The translations under genes were made by a program, and so were the position numbers. Below are positions 18,798 through 27,858 of a DNA stretch of 64,000 nt, piece after piece. The DNA comes from a virus (taxonomy: Duplodnaviria > Caudoviricetes): positions 64,001-128,000 of the IMG/VR virus record IMGVR_UViG_3300020577_002562. One strand, given 5' to 3'. A model generated the notes under the pieces. It did not search any database, was not told where the DNA came from, and worked only from the letters and a program-made list of their open reading frames with translations. How positions within the stretch are numbered: position 1 is the stretch's first letter; each line of letters opens with the position of its first letter.

Positions 18798-19709
18798 ATG
18801 ACAGACAAGCCAGTCAAATCCATCGCTCTGGAGTTTCCATCTCTGGACGAGGCGCAACCAATCCAAGCCGGCACCGTACAAGAGCCGAGTTCAAGAGAAG
18901 CGCCTACCAATACCGGCCTAGAGCCACCTCCCAACTTTGACACTCGCCGTCAAAGTATCGCACTCCCCTCATCGTTTGCTTTCTATGACTTCAAGACCGC
19001 GTTCTTGAGGTTCTTGACTCCGCGCGATCAGTTCAGTCTGTATCGAGGCCAAGTCAATAAGACGGTGCGTAACACCGTTGAAGTAGTCAGCGCTTGCATG
19101 CACCAAGACGCGTACAAGCTGACCATAGGTGACTTCCATTACGTGCTGTACGAGCTTCGCATTCACTCGTATACCAAGGCACCGATGACTGTCTCCTGGA
19201 TTTGCACTGCGGATCAGCACTTGCTGGATGTAGAGGCTAAAAAGAAAACGCCCGAGTCTGTACAGCAGAGAAGTAGACTGACTTCGAGCGATCTAGTGAT
19301 AACGCAGTTGACACCAGAGAGGATAGAAGAAGCTGAAGCGCTCCGGGCTTCTATCTTAGAGGAATTCAAGTTCCATGTGCGCCCGACACTTGTAGCAGAC
19401 TGGGTTACTAGCGTAGAGACTCTAGAAGAACAACCCATTGAAGATAGAGCCGTCATAGAGTACATGGACGGGTACGCCACTCTCCTTGATGATAGACACG
19501 GCACCTTGGCGGAGCGTCGAGAGTTGATTGTCAATGCGGAGTCTCCTGATCTATTGTCAGATCTAGACCGTTACTCAGAATTGACAGATCACGGAGTCAG
19601 CGAGTTCTTCAACGTCAAATGCAAGGAGTGCGGAACTACAGAGCGCGTAAGACATGCTCTAGACGTTCCGCACTTCTTTCCCGTCAGTCAAGCCAGAGAC
19701 TCTACTTGA
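18798..19709 (+). CDS. baseplate hub/tail assembly chaperone (T4 gp26-like)
   Basis: LTIGDFHYVLYELRIHSY, C-terminal CKEC and FF; upstream of the tape measure gene. Confidence 0.65.
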   Translation: MTDKPVKSIALEFPSLDEAQPIQAGTVQEPSSREAPTNTGLEPPPNFDTRRQSIALPSSFAFYDFKTAFLRFLTPRDQFSLYRGQVNKTVRNTVEVVSACMHQDAYKLTIGDFHYVLYELRIHSYTKAPMTVSWICTADQHLLDVEAKKKTPESVQQRSRLTSSDLVITQLTPERIEEAEALRASILEEFKFHVRPTLVADWVTSVETLEEQPIEDRAVIEYMDGYATLLDDRHGTLAERRELIVNAESPDLLSDLDRYSELTDHGVSEFFNVKCKECGTTERVRHALDVPHFFPVSQARDST

Positions 19710-19875
19710 CATAGCATACAACATGATGGCCCACTTGCACTGCAAGCCGGATTTTGACCATGACATTATCGGCCATCTACTGTACTGGAACGGCAAGTTA
19801 GAAGGCGACATCGAGAAGATTGAGCAAGACAAGGCTAGACGAGCTAGTATGGCACAAAGATCTCCAAAGAGGTAA
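19663..19875 (+). CDS. gp51/GT-like downstream chaperone ORF, possibly reached by +1 frameshift
   Basis: +1 frame open 19663-19875 (…PSVKPETLLDIAYNMMAHLH…EQDKARR…), filling the gap before the tape measure gene; ATG 19723 lacks a clear RBS. Confidence 0.55.
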   Translation, partial: TFRTSFPSVKPETLLDIAYNMMAHLHCKPDFDHDIIGHLLYWNGKLEGDIEKIEQDKARRASMAQRSPKR

Positions 19876-19879
19876 CTAG

Positions 19880-21829
19880 ATGACCACGTTAAGAGAGGCC
19901 CTTGCCCATTTGAAGCGCGTACTGGATGGTCCTGATTTTCGGACCATGCAGACCAAATTCACGCGCCAAGATGAGAAGGAACTCGTCGAGGCCATGAAAG
20001 ACCCCTCTTTCCGTGGTCAAGTTGCTCGGATGAGTACGGCTGCTTTGCAAAAATCTGTGCACAAGATGCGCGGCACCAATGTGAAGGAGCTGGTAGATAA
20101 CTTGGATAAGATCCTGGAGCAAACGGCACTGCGTAACCAAAAGGGAGGTTACCAGTCTGCTGAGATTCGCCAGGTATCTGGTACATTGAAGACGGTGGCT
20201 ACTCTGTTGGAGAAGAACGAGCAGAACCAGGAGCTCACCAACATTCAAACTCTGACTGTGATTAAAGGTCTAGAGCAGTTGGAACGCTTCCTGATCCAAA
20301 CTAAGCGAGGAGATCTGAAGAATACAGGAGAAGCTAGACTGGAGCGAGAAATCGCTAGACAGCTAAAGGAAAACTCCAATGAAATGCTCACATCGAAGAA
20401 CCTGACTCGTGTACTTCATGGTAAGAATCCTAAACAAGAAGGCGACCGGATTAACTTTGAAGAGAAGACACGCGGGGCTAGAAATATTCTCTACTCCATG
20501 CTCGGTCCACTAGGGCCCGTAGTCAAGTCGATAGATGATCTTGTGTTGGAGATGGGTGAGCACAAGGAGACTTTCAAGAAGGTTGGTGGCGGTCTGATCA
20601 AGAGCTTCAAGACTGGGTGGCAAGCTCTAAAGAAGTTTGGCGGAGCTGGCGCTGATATGACAACGGGCTTGTTTGGACGTATTGGTGGTCGGCTAGGAGG
20701 TTTGTTTGGAAAGGGTGCTGGAAGGGCTGGTTCGGTTATTGGAAAAACTGCGGGCGCAGCTGGTCTTCTGTACGGTGCTTTTGAACTTGGTCAGTTGATA
20801 GGTAAGGTACTGAACGAGTTTCTTCCGGAAGACTTCAAGGAGAAACTTGGAAATGCCATCGGTTTTCTAGTTGATGAGCTCCCAGCCAAACTAGGTAAGA
20901 TGACAGAAGAGTTCATCAAGACCACGAAGCAATGGTTTGAAGATACGCTTGATTGGCTCAAGAACGCGCCGGGTCGAGCGAAAGATGCTATTCAGAAGGC
21001 CTTACCAACTTGGCTCGGTGGCACACCAGAACCACCAAAGACAGACTTGCAGAGAGAGGCTGAGACTGCGCGGGCAAAATGGTCTAAACGCGCTCCAGGT
21101 TGGCTGTCTAACAAGTACGAAGGCAACGATAAGTCCATCTTCAAAGATGTGAACGGCTCGTACTCGATGGGCAAATTCCAGTTGAACGAGAAGGGCGCGT
21201 ATCAAGCTTTCTTGAGTCAGAATCCGCAATATGCTGAAGCACTTAAGGGGCTAGCACCAGGATCTGCCGAGTTCAAAGCCAAGTGGGAGGAACTGACCGA
21301 CAAAGATCCCAACTTCGTAGCAGCGCAGGCCAGAGCCGCCAACTCTGTATACGTACCTATACTCAAGCAAGCTAAGGGATTAGGTTTCTCGACCGAAGTA
21401 GAAGGTGTTAGAGAAGCTATCATTAGCGGTGCTATACAACACAGTCCGCAAGGGAACACTTCCATTCTAAAGGCTGCGGCTGCTGACCCTCAGTTCTCGG
21501 AGGGCCCCGGCGGCCAGATCCGCGCATACTACAAAGCACGACGCTCGTACTTCGACACTGCTAAGATGGACGCGTCGGCTACCCCTAAATTCAGGGCCAA
21601 TGTTCAGTCCCGCTATAATCGAGAAGAAAAGGAAGCTCTAGCTATGGTAGAAGCACCGGCCGTGAATAGACTACCAATATCTGCTCCAATCCCAAGTGGA
21701 AGTACGGCTAACAGTGGGCCGGCCAATGACAGCACGACGGCAGGGGGTCATGCTGTTAGTGTAGCTTCCATTCCACTCGTAAGCGAGGATGCCGGTATGC
21801 TGCTGGTAGGATCTAATCTGGTGTATTGA
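19880..21829 (+). CDS. tape measure protein with C-terminal lysozyme-like (VgrG3-type) peptidoglycan hydrolase
   Basis: Helical N-terminus and Gly-rich hydrophobic stretch, then SNKYEG...SYSMGKFQL...PGSAEF...AIQH. Confidence 0.7.
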   Translation: MTTLREALAHLKRVLDGPDFRTMQTKFTRQDEKELVEAMKDPSFRGQVARMSTAALQKSVHKMRGTNVKELVDNLDKILEQTALRNQKGGYQSAEIRQVSGTLKTVATLLEKNEQNQELTNIQTLTVIKGLEQLERFLIQTKRGDLKNTGEARLEREIARQLKENSNEMLTSKNLTRVLHGKNPKQEGDRINFEEKTRGARNILYSMLGPLGPVVKSIDDLVLEMGEHKETFKKVGGGLIKSFKTGWQALKKFGGAGADMTTGLFGRIGGRLGGLFGKGAGRAGSVIGKTAGAAGLLYGAFELGQLIGKVLNEFLPEDFKEKLGNAIGFLVDELPAKLGKMTEEFIKTTKQWFEDTLDWLKNAPGRAKDAIQKALPTWLGGTPEPPKTDLQREAETARAKWSKRAPGWLSNKYEGNDKSIFKDVNGSYSMGKFQLNEKGAYQAFLSQNPQYAEALKGLAPGSAEFKAKWEELTDKDPNFVAAQARAANSVYVPILKQAKGLGFSTEVEGVREAIISGAIQHSPQGNTSILKAAAADPQFSEGPGGQIRAYYKARRSYFDTAKMDASATPKFRANVQSRYNREEKEALAMVEAPAVNRLPISAPIPSGSTANSGPANDSTTAGGHAVSVASIPLVSEDAGMLLVGSNLVY

Positions 21830-21860
21830 TGTGATCTGACAAGCTTCTAGTGAGACTATC

Positions 21861-22625
21861 ATGCCTCGTGTAGCATCGCTTGATTTCCCTGACGAGAACG
21901 GCGAATCGTCTGGTCCTAACCCAAACTATCTGTGTCGCATCACGGCTAACGATCTTGGGTTCAATGACCGTGCCAAGATACCTGCAGGTTCGACACCGAC
22001 CATTCTGTTGAGCCTTCCGGAGCAATTCCAGTTCTCGGTAGCATCAGCATATGAGACTCCGTTCGCGCAAGGCTTGATCAATAGTGAGGGGCTCAAGAAC
22101 TTCTCTCGGATCATGGGCATCACTAACTTTGTAAGCCAGGGGTTGACTGCTCAAGTGTGGCAGGGCACGAACGAAGTGAACTTCTCGTTGACATTTGAGT
22201 TGGTAGCCAAGAACGACCCCGATGAGGATGTTGTGCAACTGATCAAGCGATTGATGTTGCTGACGATGCCGGATGAGAACGCAGTCGGACTACTCACACC
22301 ACCTGGCCCTACTATTGATTTCGTCGCCAGCGCTGAACAACTAGGTTTCTCAGCATTGAAGGAAGCTTTCAAAAACAGTAGAGCCCCAGAACTCAAGTAC
22401 AAGAACATAATCACCTTGGAGATAGGGCGGTTCCTCCGCTTTGAGAGCGTGGTCGTAGAGAATGTGAGCATGACAGGCAAGTCACTGTTTCACAAATCTG
22501 GTCTACCGATTGCCGCTTCTGTTGACGTGAGCTTCAAGACGTTCGTGGTGCCAATCAAGAAGGACTTGAACAATATGTTCCCGTACTCGAAGCCAACTCG
22601 CATCTCTAACAAGGGGACATCGTGA
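21861..22625 (+). CDS. baseplate tube-cap protein (gp48-like)
   Basis: Position; VWQG..FSLTFEL, PIAASVDVSF. Confidence 0.55.
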   Translation: MPRVASLDFPDENGESSGPNPNYLCRITANDLGFNDRAKIPAGSTPTILLSLPEQFQFSVASAYETPFAQGLINSEGLKNFSRIMGITNFVSQGLTAQVWQGTNEVNFSLTFELVAKNDPDEDVVQLIKRLMLLTMPDENAVGLLTPPGPTIDFVASAEQLGFSALKEAFKNSRAPELKYKNIITLEIGRFLRFESVVVENVSMTGKSLFHKSGLPIAASVDVSFKTFVVPIKKDLNNMFPYSKPTRISNKGTS

Positions 22626-22978
22626 GTCGCGGTCAGTACATTCCAGTGGTTGACTACCAAGTGAGTAGAGGGTCACCTGCCAGAGAACAGGTACTCGATT
22701 TCTTGGCTGCGACATACACCACGTTGCGCGAGTCCATTTCGTCTGCCGCGCTCCACAAAGTACGTGAGACTGAAGTTGGACAGCCCGATCAGATCAGCTA
22801 CATCTACTACGGTCAAGAACAGTTGTGGTGGATCATCACTCTGTATAACGGCTTAGTGGACCCAATTTCCGAACTGACAGTCGGACGTGTACTGCACATC
22901 CCTGATCTGAGCGAAGTGAACCGTCTGCTCACCAAGTCCAGTGCGGCAGCGGCCCGAGTAAGTGCGACTGTGATCTAA
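22622..22978 (+). CDS. LysM-like baseplate wedge protein (gp53-like)
   Basis: PDQISYIYYG...LWWII..YN...P...G..L.IP. Confidence 0.85.
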   Translation: MSRGQYIPVVDYQVSRGSPAREQVLDFLAATYTTLRESISSAALHKVRETEVGQPDQISYIYYGQEQLWWIITLYNGLVDPISELTVGRVLHIPDLSEVNRLLTKSSAAAARVSATVI

Positions 22979-22998
22979 ACAAAAGCGACTGCATCACC

Positions 22999-24123
22999 AT
23001 GTATCAGGTCAAGGGCAACGTATGGTTGGACATCAAGATTGGTGAGAAGGTCTATCCGATTGAGCGTCTGGGCTTTCAATCGGTGACGTTGATCGAGAAC
23101 AACCGTCTGCTCATGCCTACAGCGAACATCGTGATAGCTGACGGCATGAATTGGATTGAGGATAACGCCAAGTTGGTGGACGGCACACCTATCTCTATCT
23201 CTGTGGGCGAGACGGAGACTGATGTCAAGACCTACGACTTCCGGTTGTTCCGTTACCGACGTGAGCTGTTCAATGGAACTATCCAGTACACACTTGAGTG
23301 CTACTTGGACGTGCCCCGCTATCTGTACGATTCGGTGGCTAATGGATTCCAAGGGACAAGTTCAGAGGCTCTCAGCTACATTGCTTCCCTGTCCGGACTG
23401 AAGACCAACATGGTCAACACAGCAGACTCCCAATACTGGCGGTGTGGGGGTCGGAGACTTGGTGCGTGGGCTTCGGATATTGCAAGACACGGATACGCCA
23501 GTGGCACTAGCTTGATGCAGTTGTGTGTGACACTAGATGGCACCATGCTGTACAAGGACATCAATGCTCCAGCAGTGTTAGCTGGCAACCCAGTATTGAA
23601 AGTAGGTCGTGGTTTGATACCAGATACCATCGAGATGATGGACTCGCGATCACTGAATACGAGTGGTCTACAGAATTCCATAGGCGGCTACAAGATGCGA
23701 CTGGTCGAGCAGCCGCGCACTCAATTTCAGACTGAGTGGGAGCAAGTCACTGTTCAAGCACTGGGCACACTTGATCGTAATGCTGACGTGTCTGCTGAGA
23801 TTCAAGACGGTAGGATCATGTTTGCTCCGATTGATTGTGGCAACACTCACGCCAACTACCAGAGAGCGGCACATCAGAATGAACGGGGCGCATTGGTTTG
23901 GAGCCTCGGTTACGAGATACTGATCTCTTCACCTCATGTGGCGACACTACTGGACTTGGCACAGTTGACTGAGTTCTCAGTAGGCCGTGGCATTGAGGAG
24001 AGTCGCGTCGGTAGCGGTCTGTATCTAGTTACTGCGCATGCTATCCACATCAACGGAAGTAACTACTATGAGAAGTATGCCTTGTGGACAACTAGCTCAT
24101 CGCAGCGTAGGAGCACGACGTGA
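22999..24123 (+). CDS. baseplate hub protein (gp27-like)
   Basis: Between the gp53-like and spike genes; C-terminal GLYLVT...H. Confidence 0.65.
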   Translation: MYQVKGNVWLDIKIGEKVYPIERLGFQSVTLIENNRLLMPTANIVIADGMNWIEDNAKLVDGTPISISVGETETDVKTYDFRLFRYRRELFNGTIQYTLECYLDVPRYLYDSVANGFQGTSSEALSYIASLSGLKTNMVNTADSQYWRCGGRRLGAWASDIARHGYASGTSLMQLCVTLDGTMLYKDINAPAVLAGNPVLKVGRGLIPDTIEMMDSRSLNTSGLQNSIGGYKMRLVEQPRTQFQTEWEQVTVQALGTLDRNADVSAEIQDGRIMFAPIDCGNTHANYQRAAHQNERGALVWSLGYEILISSPHVATLLDLAQLTEFSVGRGIEESRVGSGLYLVTAHAIHINGSNYYEKYALWTTSSSQRRSTT

Positions 24124-24680
24124 GTGGCATGACGAACCCAACGGACATCCACGGTAGCAAATTCATACCGTCCGACCATCTGTTCATTGCTCAGGTAGTA
24201 GACAACAATGATCCGGCGAAGCAGCAACGGCTGCGGATCACAGTACCGAATCTTGTGGAAGGCGAAACAGCAGCGTTGCCATGGGCCATCCCAATGGGAC
24301 GATCTTCCGGCGCCGACAACGTTGAGCTGGACGTGCCAGACGTAGGCTCTTATGTGATTGTCATGTTCCAGAAGGGAGACACTAATTTCCCCGTATGGTT
24401 CGGTGGTCTACATGCAAACTATACAGGCAGCTCGACAATCACGGGTACCAACTATCCGAATCGGATTGGACGACAGACTCAAGCCACTACGTACTGGTAC
24501 GTAGACAAGACTACAAATCAGGTGCATATCTGTCACGGCACAACGACAGTAACGATCAACTCGAATGGGTCCATCAATGTCAGCGCCAGTAACCAGATCG
24601 ACATCACCGCAGCAGGGACTGTGAACATCACTGCCAGCGGCAATGTGAACATCAACGCACCGCAGATCAACTTGAATTGA
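24120..24680 (+). CDS. baseplate central spike (gp5/gpV OB-fold plus beta-helix)
   Basis: VVDNNDP...RLRITVP...LPWA...P.VGS.V.V.F..GD...P.W.G; C-terminal 8-residue beta repeats. Confidence 0.88.
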   Translation: MSGMTNPTDIHGSKFIPSDHLFIAQVVDNNDPAKQQRLRITVPNLVEGETAALPWAIPMGRSSGADNVELDVPDVGSYVIVMFQKGDTNFPVWFGGLHANYTGSSTITGTNYPNRIGRQTQATTYWYVDKTTNQVHICHGTTTVTINSNGSINVSASNQIDITAAGTVNITASGNVNINAPQINLN

Positions 24681-24697
24681 ATGACAGAGTAGTCACT

Positions 24698-24967
24698 ATG
24701 GGACTTCAAGTATTGCGACTAAACGACCCCGGTATTCATCCAGAGGGGTGGGGTGGAAGTGTGGCGTCAGCATCATCCAACGTGTTCGCTGAAGGCGTGG
24801 CCGTGACACACGACGGAAAAGCCTACAACTGTTCCAGACATGGATTCCAAGTGATCAGAGCGTCAGGAACCAATCGAGTGAACGGTCAGAAGATTGCACG
24901 TGAAGGTGATACAGCAGTGTGTGGTGCCGTAATTCACGCTACGCAATCCACCGTGTTCTCGGATTGA
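24698..24967 (+). CDS. PAAR-like spike tip protein
   Basis: LRLND...H, C..HG, IAREGD...CGA. Confidence 0.8.
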   Translation: MGLQVLRLNDPGIHPEGWGGSVASASSNVFAEGVAVTHDGKAYNCSRHGFQVIRASGTNRVNGQKIAREGDTAVCGAVIHATQSTVFSD

Positions 24968-24985
24968 TCTACAAAGAGAAGGATC

Positions 24986-25390
24986 ATGGCGACTACGTTT
25001 GAGCTAGCCTATGACTCTGCTGTATGGATTGATGTCAATGCTGACTATGGTGTACTAAGTGGGGCGGAACTGCTGCTCGATGAGAAGGCTATCAACGGTA
25101 GCTTGCGCAACCTCATGCGATGCCACATCGGAAGCCGTCGGATGCTGCGAGAGTACGGCACTTACATAGCCTACTACTTGCAAGAACCGTTGATCCCGCT
25201 GACAGCAGACTCGATGCTCAGTTCTCTAGTTCAGAGTATCACACGTTGGGAACCGCGTGTGCAGGTAGACATTGCCAATTCGTCTGTGGAAGCGGACACC
25301 AGATTGCCTGGATACCGAGTGACTCTTAGCTACCAGATCCTCAAGACGAATAACACTGGACAGTTTCAGTTCAGCGTGAAGCGGATGTAA
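24986..25390 (+). CDS. baseplate wedge protein (gp25/gpW-like)
   Basis: SLRNL...GSR...EYGT...L.EP, RWEPRV. Confidence 0.9.
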   Translation: MATTFELAYDSAVWIDVNADYGVLSGAELLLDEKAINGSLRNLMRCHIGSRRMLREYGTYIAYYLQEPLIPLTADSMLSSLVQSITRWEPRVQVDIANSSVEADTRLPGYRVTLSYQILKTNNTGQFQFSVKRM

Positions 25391-25413
25391 GACCCAAGAC
25401 TTGAAAGAGCCTC

Positions 25414-27117
25414 ATGTCAACTACTGCCCTCAGTGCCATCACCCCTGACTTTGCCGGTTTGAATACGCAGCTTCAAACACTGCTGGCTGCCCGCGACACA
25501 TGGAAGGACTTGATCAAGTCTAGCACTGGACAGACTATTATCGAAATGGTAGCTCAGATAGGCGAGCTTGATCAGTACATGATTGAGCAGCAACTGCGGC
25601 AAGCATTCATCGACACTGCCTTGACTGATAGTGCGGTACGTGCAATGGCACGAAGCCTAGGAGTGCGACTGAAGCGTCGGACACCAACTCAGATTGATGT
25701 GACGATCACACCCTCAGGTGCCGGATTCACTATCCCTGCGTACCGCACGTTCGATGTGAACGGGGTGACATTGTTTAACCGGACAGCCATCACCGTAGCC
25801 AACAACCCCGCAGTAACAACGGCGACTCTGTACGAAGGTACCATTGTCACCAAGTCTCTGGTATCTGACGGCTCCAATTTCCAGTTGTTCAAGTCTGAGG
25901 ACACTGCGTTCACTGTCAGTGATCTGGATGTGACGATGACTGTCAGTGCGACGCCCATTCCAGTGACTCAATCAGGTCTGTGGAACTACCCTGGCACTGA
26001 TACTGTGTCAGACACCACCACTGATGCGGGTGAATTGCTGCTCACGTTTGGATCTGATGACTACGGATACAAGCCAGGTAATGGCATCACCGTTGATGTA
26101 AAGTACACGGTCACGTCTGGTACAGACGCAGTGAACTCCTCGTTGAGTGGTAAGACAGTGACGCCCACCATTGCATTGGCAGCCACTATTGTTTCTACCT
26201 CCGGTCTGTACGGTGGCGGTAACGAGTGGAGCGTGACCACGATGCGTCGGCTGTCGCCCCTGCTGTTCGTTAGTCGTGATCGAGCAACCACAGAGACAGA
26301 CTTTAACGCAGTCGCGGCCACGTATCCTGGCGTACAAGATGCCGTGATCAATGGGCAACACAAGATTGCGCCGACCAACGTAGCGTTTATGAATGTAGCC
26401 AGAGTGACGCTGCTGACGCCGGCACCGATGACTTCAGGGGAGTGGACTACGTTTGAGGCCTGGCTGAGAGCGCGTACTATGTACCCTGTGCGCTTTTACC
26501 GGAAAGACCCAGTGTCATCGAATGTGAACATCACGGCCAATGTCTACTGTCGCCCGCAGAGTGATCTAACGGCGCTTCAAGCTGAGGTAACCACAAGTAT
26601 CAGTGCGCTGTTCGCACGAGAGCCTGGCATTCTCAACAAGAACATCTTTAGATCAGACATCTATAGAGCTATCCAGTCTGTATCGAATGACATTGAGTAC
26701 AGCGAGTTGCTTCTACCGACGAGCGATGTCCTGCTCGACGTGGAACTCACTGGACAAACTATCACCCCAGAAGTCAGCGGCGGTACTTTGGTGGTAGGCA
26801 ATTTCTACAGCTATGCTATTACCGTAGTCACGGCTGCCGGAGAGAGTCTGGTCAAAGCTGTTCTAGGAGCCACATTGCCTGCAGGCAATTCCAAGCTAAA
26901 GTTGGATTGGAACGCCATTGCGACTGCTACTAGCTACAAGGTATATGGTAGAGGGCCGACTACATATGGTTTGTTGGCGACAGTGACCAGCCCTACGTAC
27001 ACTGATACTGGTGGTGTAACTCCAGGCGGACTGGCTCCTACTTTGGATAGTGCCGGCATTTACTACCCAGCGCTAGGAACATTGTCCTTGACCATGCGAT
27101 ACACAGAACGCGACTAA
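25414..27117 (+). CDS. baseplate wedge protein (gp6/gpJ-like) with C-terminal FN3-like insertion
   Basis: FIDTA...SA...ARSLG, FGSDDYG.KP, RATTETDF motifs. Confidence 0.85.
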   Translation: MSTTALSAITPDFAGLNTQLQTLLAARDTWKDLIKSSTGQTIIEMVAQIGELDQYMIEQQLRQAFIDTALTDSAVRAMARSLGVRLKRRTPTQIDVTITPSGAGFTIPAYRTFDVNGVTLFNRTAITVANNPAVTTATLYEGTIVTKSLVSDGSNFQLFKSEDTAFTVSDLDVTMTVSATPIPVTQSGLWNYPGTDTVSDTTTDAGELLLTFGSDDYGYKPGNGITVDVKYTVTSGTDAVNSSLSGKTVTPTIALAATIVSTSGLYGGGNEWSVTTMRRLSPLLFVSRDRATTETDFNAVAATYPGVQDAVINGQHKIAPTNVAFMNVARVTLLTPAPMTSGEWTTFEAWLRARTMYPVRFYRKDPVSSNVNITANVYCRPQSDLTALQAEVTTSISALFAREPGILNKNIFRSDIYRAIQSVSNDIEYSELLLPTSDVLLDVELTGQTITPEVSGGTLVVGNFYSYAITVVTAAGESLVKAVLGATLPAGNSKLKLDWNAIATATSYKVYGRGPTTYGLLATVTSPTYTDTGGVTPGGLAPTLDSAGIYYPALGTLSLTMRYTERD

Positions 27118-27158
27118 ACCGACTGACTGCGATTGAGCACAAGAGAGCGAACATAGTC

Positions 27159-27824
27159 ATGGCAATCAACAGAACCATCCTGGTCCCAGAGCACTTGGAG
27201 CATAACCAAGTGTGGGAAGACCTGATGACGGAAGTGAACATTGCGTTCACAGCCATCGACCAGGGCATCTCCGATATGGGTTTGCTGAGAAAGCCCATTG
27301 ACACTGGCGATTCCATCTTTGCCTCTAACCGCACGGCGGGTAAGCTCACCAGACTGGACGCGATTCGTACATTGGAACGTAGTCTGACTGTTCAGAGTTG
27401 CAACAATTTGGGATTCACGTTCAAAACCAGCAACGTGTTGGATGCTGAGGACTACACACGTATAGCCATCAATCTTGGCGCGTACTATGCATCTACTAAG
27501 GGCACTCAAGGATGGCAGAATTTTCTGGCGTTCTGTCTCAACGCAGTGTTCACGGTCGAACAGTTGTGGACTACAGACTATGTGACGTTCGTCACGGAAG
27601 GTAGTGCTGGAACTCCTGTATGGGATGGCGGTGCCTGGTATCCGACGACTCACGTCAACTTGTCATATGCAGGGGAGTTCTCCGGACTGACCTCAGCAAC
27701 CATCCAAGACTTCTTCTACTACTTTGCGAACATCAACCTCGTGTTGGAGTCGATCTCTGTTGACTACATGGTGAACTATGCGCTGAATGCAAGCATCAGT
27801 TGCATGGTCGAGATTTGGGTCTGA
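27159..27824 (+). CDS. baseplate wedge protein (gp7/gpI-like)
   Basis: YY.S.KGT motif; follows the gpJ-like gene. Confidence 0.6.
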   Translation: MAINRTILVPEHLEHNQVWEDLMTEVNIAFTAIDQGISDMGLLRKPIDTGDSIFASNRTAGKLTRLDAIRTLERSLTVQSCNNLGFTFKTSNVLDAEDYTRIAINLGAYYASTKGTQGWQNFLAFCLNAVFTVEQLWTTDYVTFVTEGSAGTPVWDGGAWYPTTHVNLSYAGEFSGLTSATIQDFFYYFANINLVLESISVDYMVNYALNASISCMVEIWV

Positions 27825-27858
27825 TTGGACCTGGTAGATCTGCTTAGGAGCACATTGC

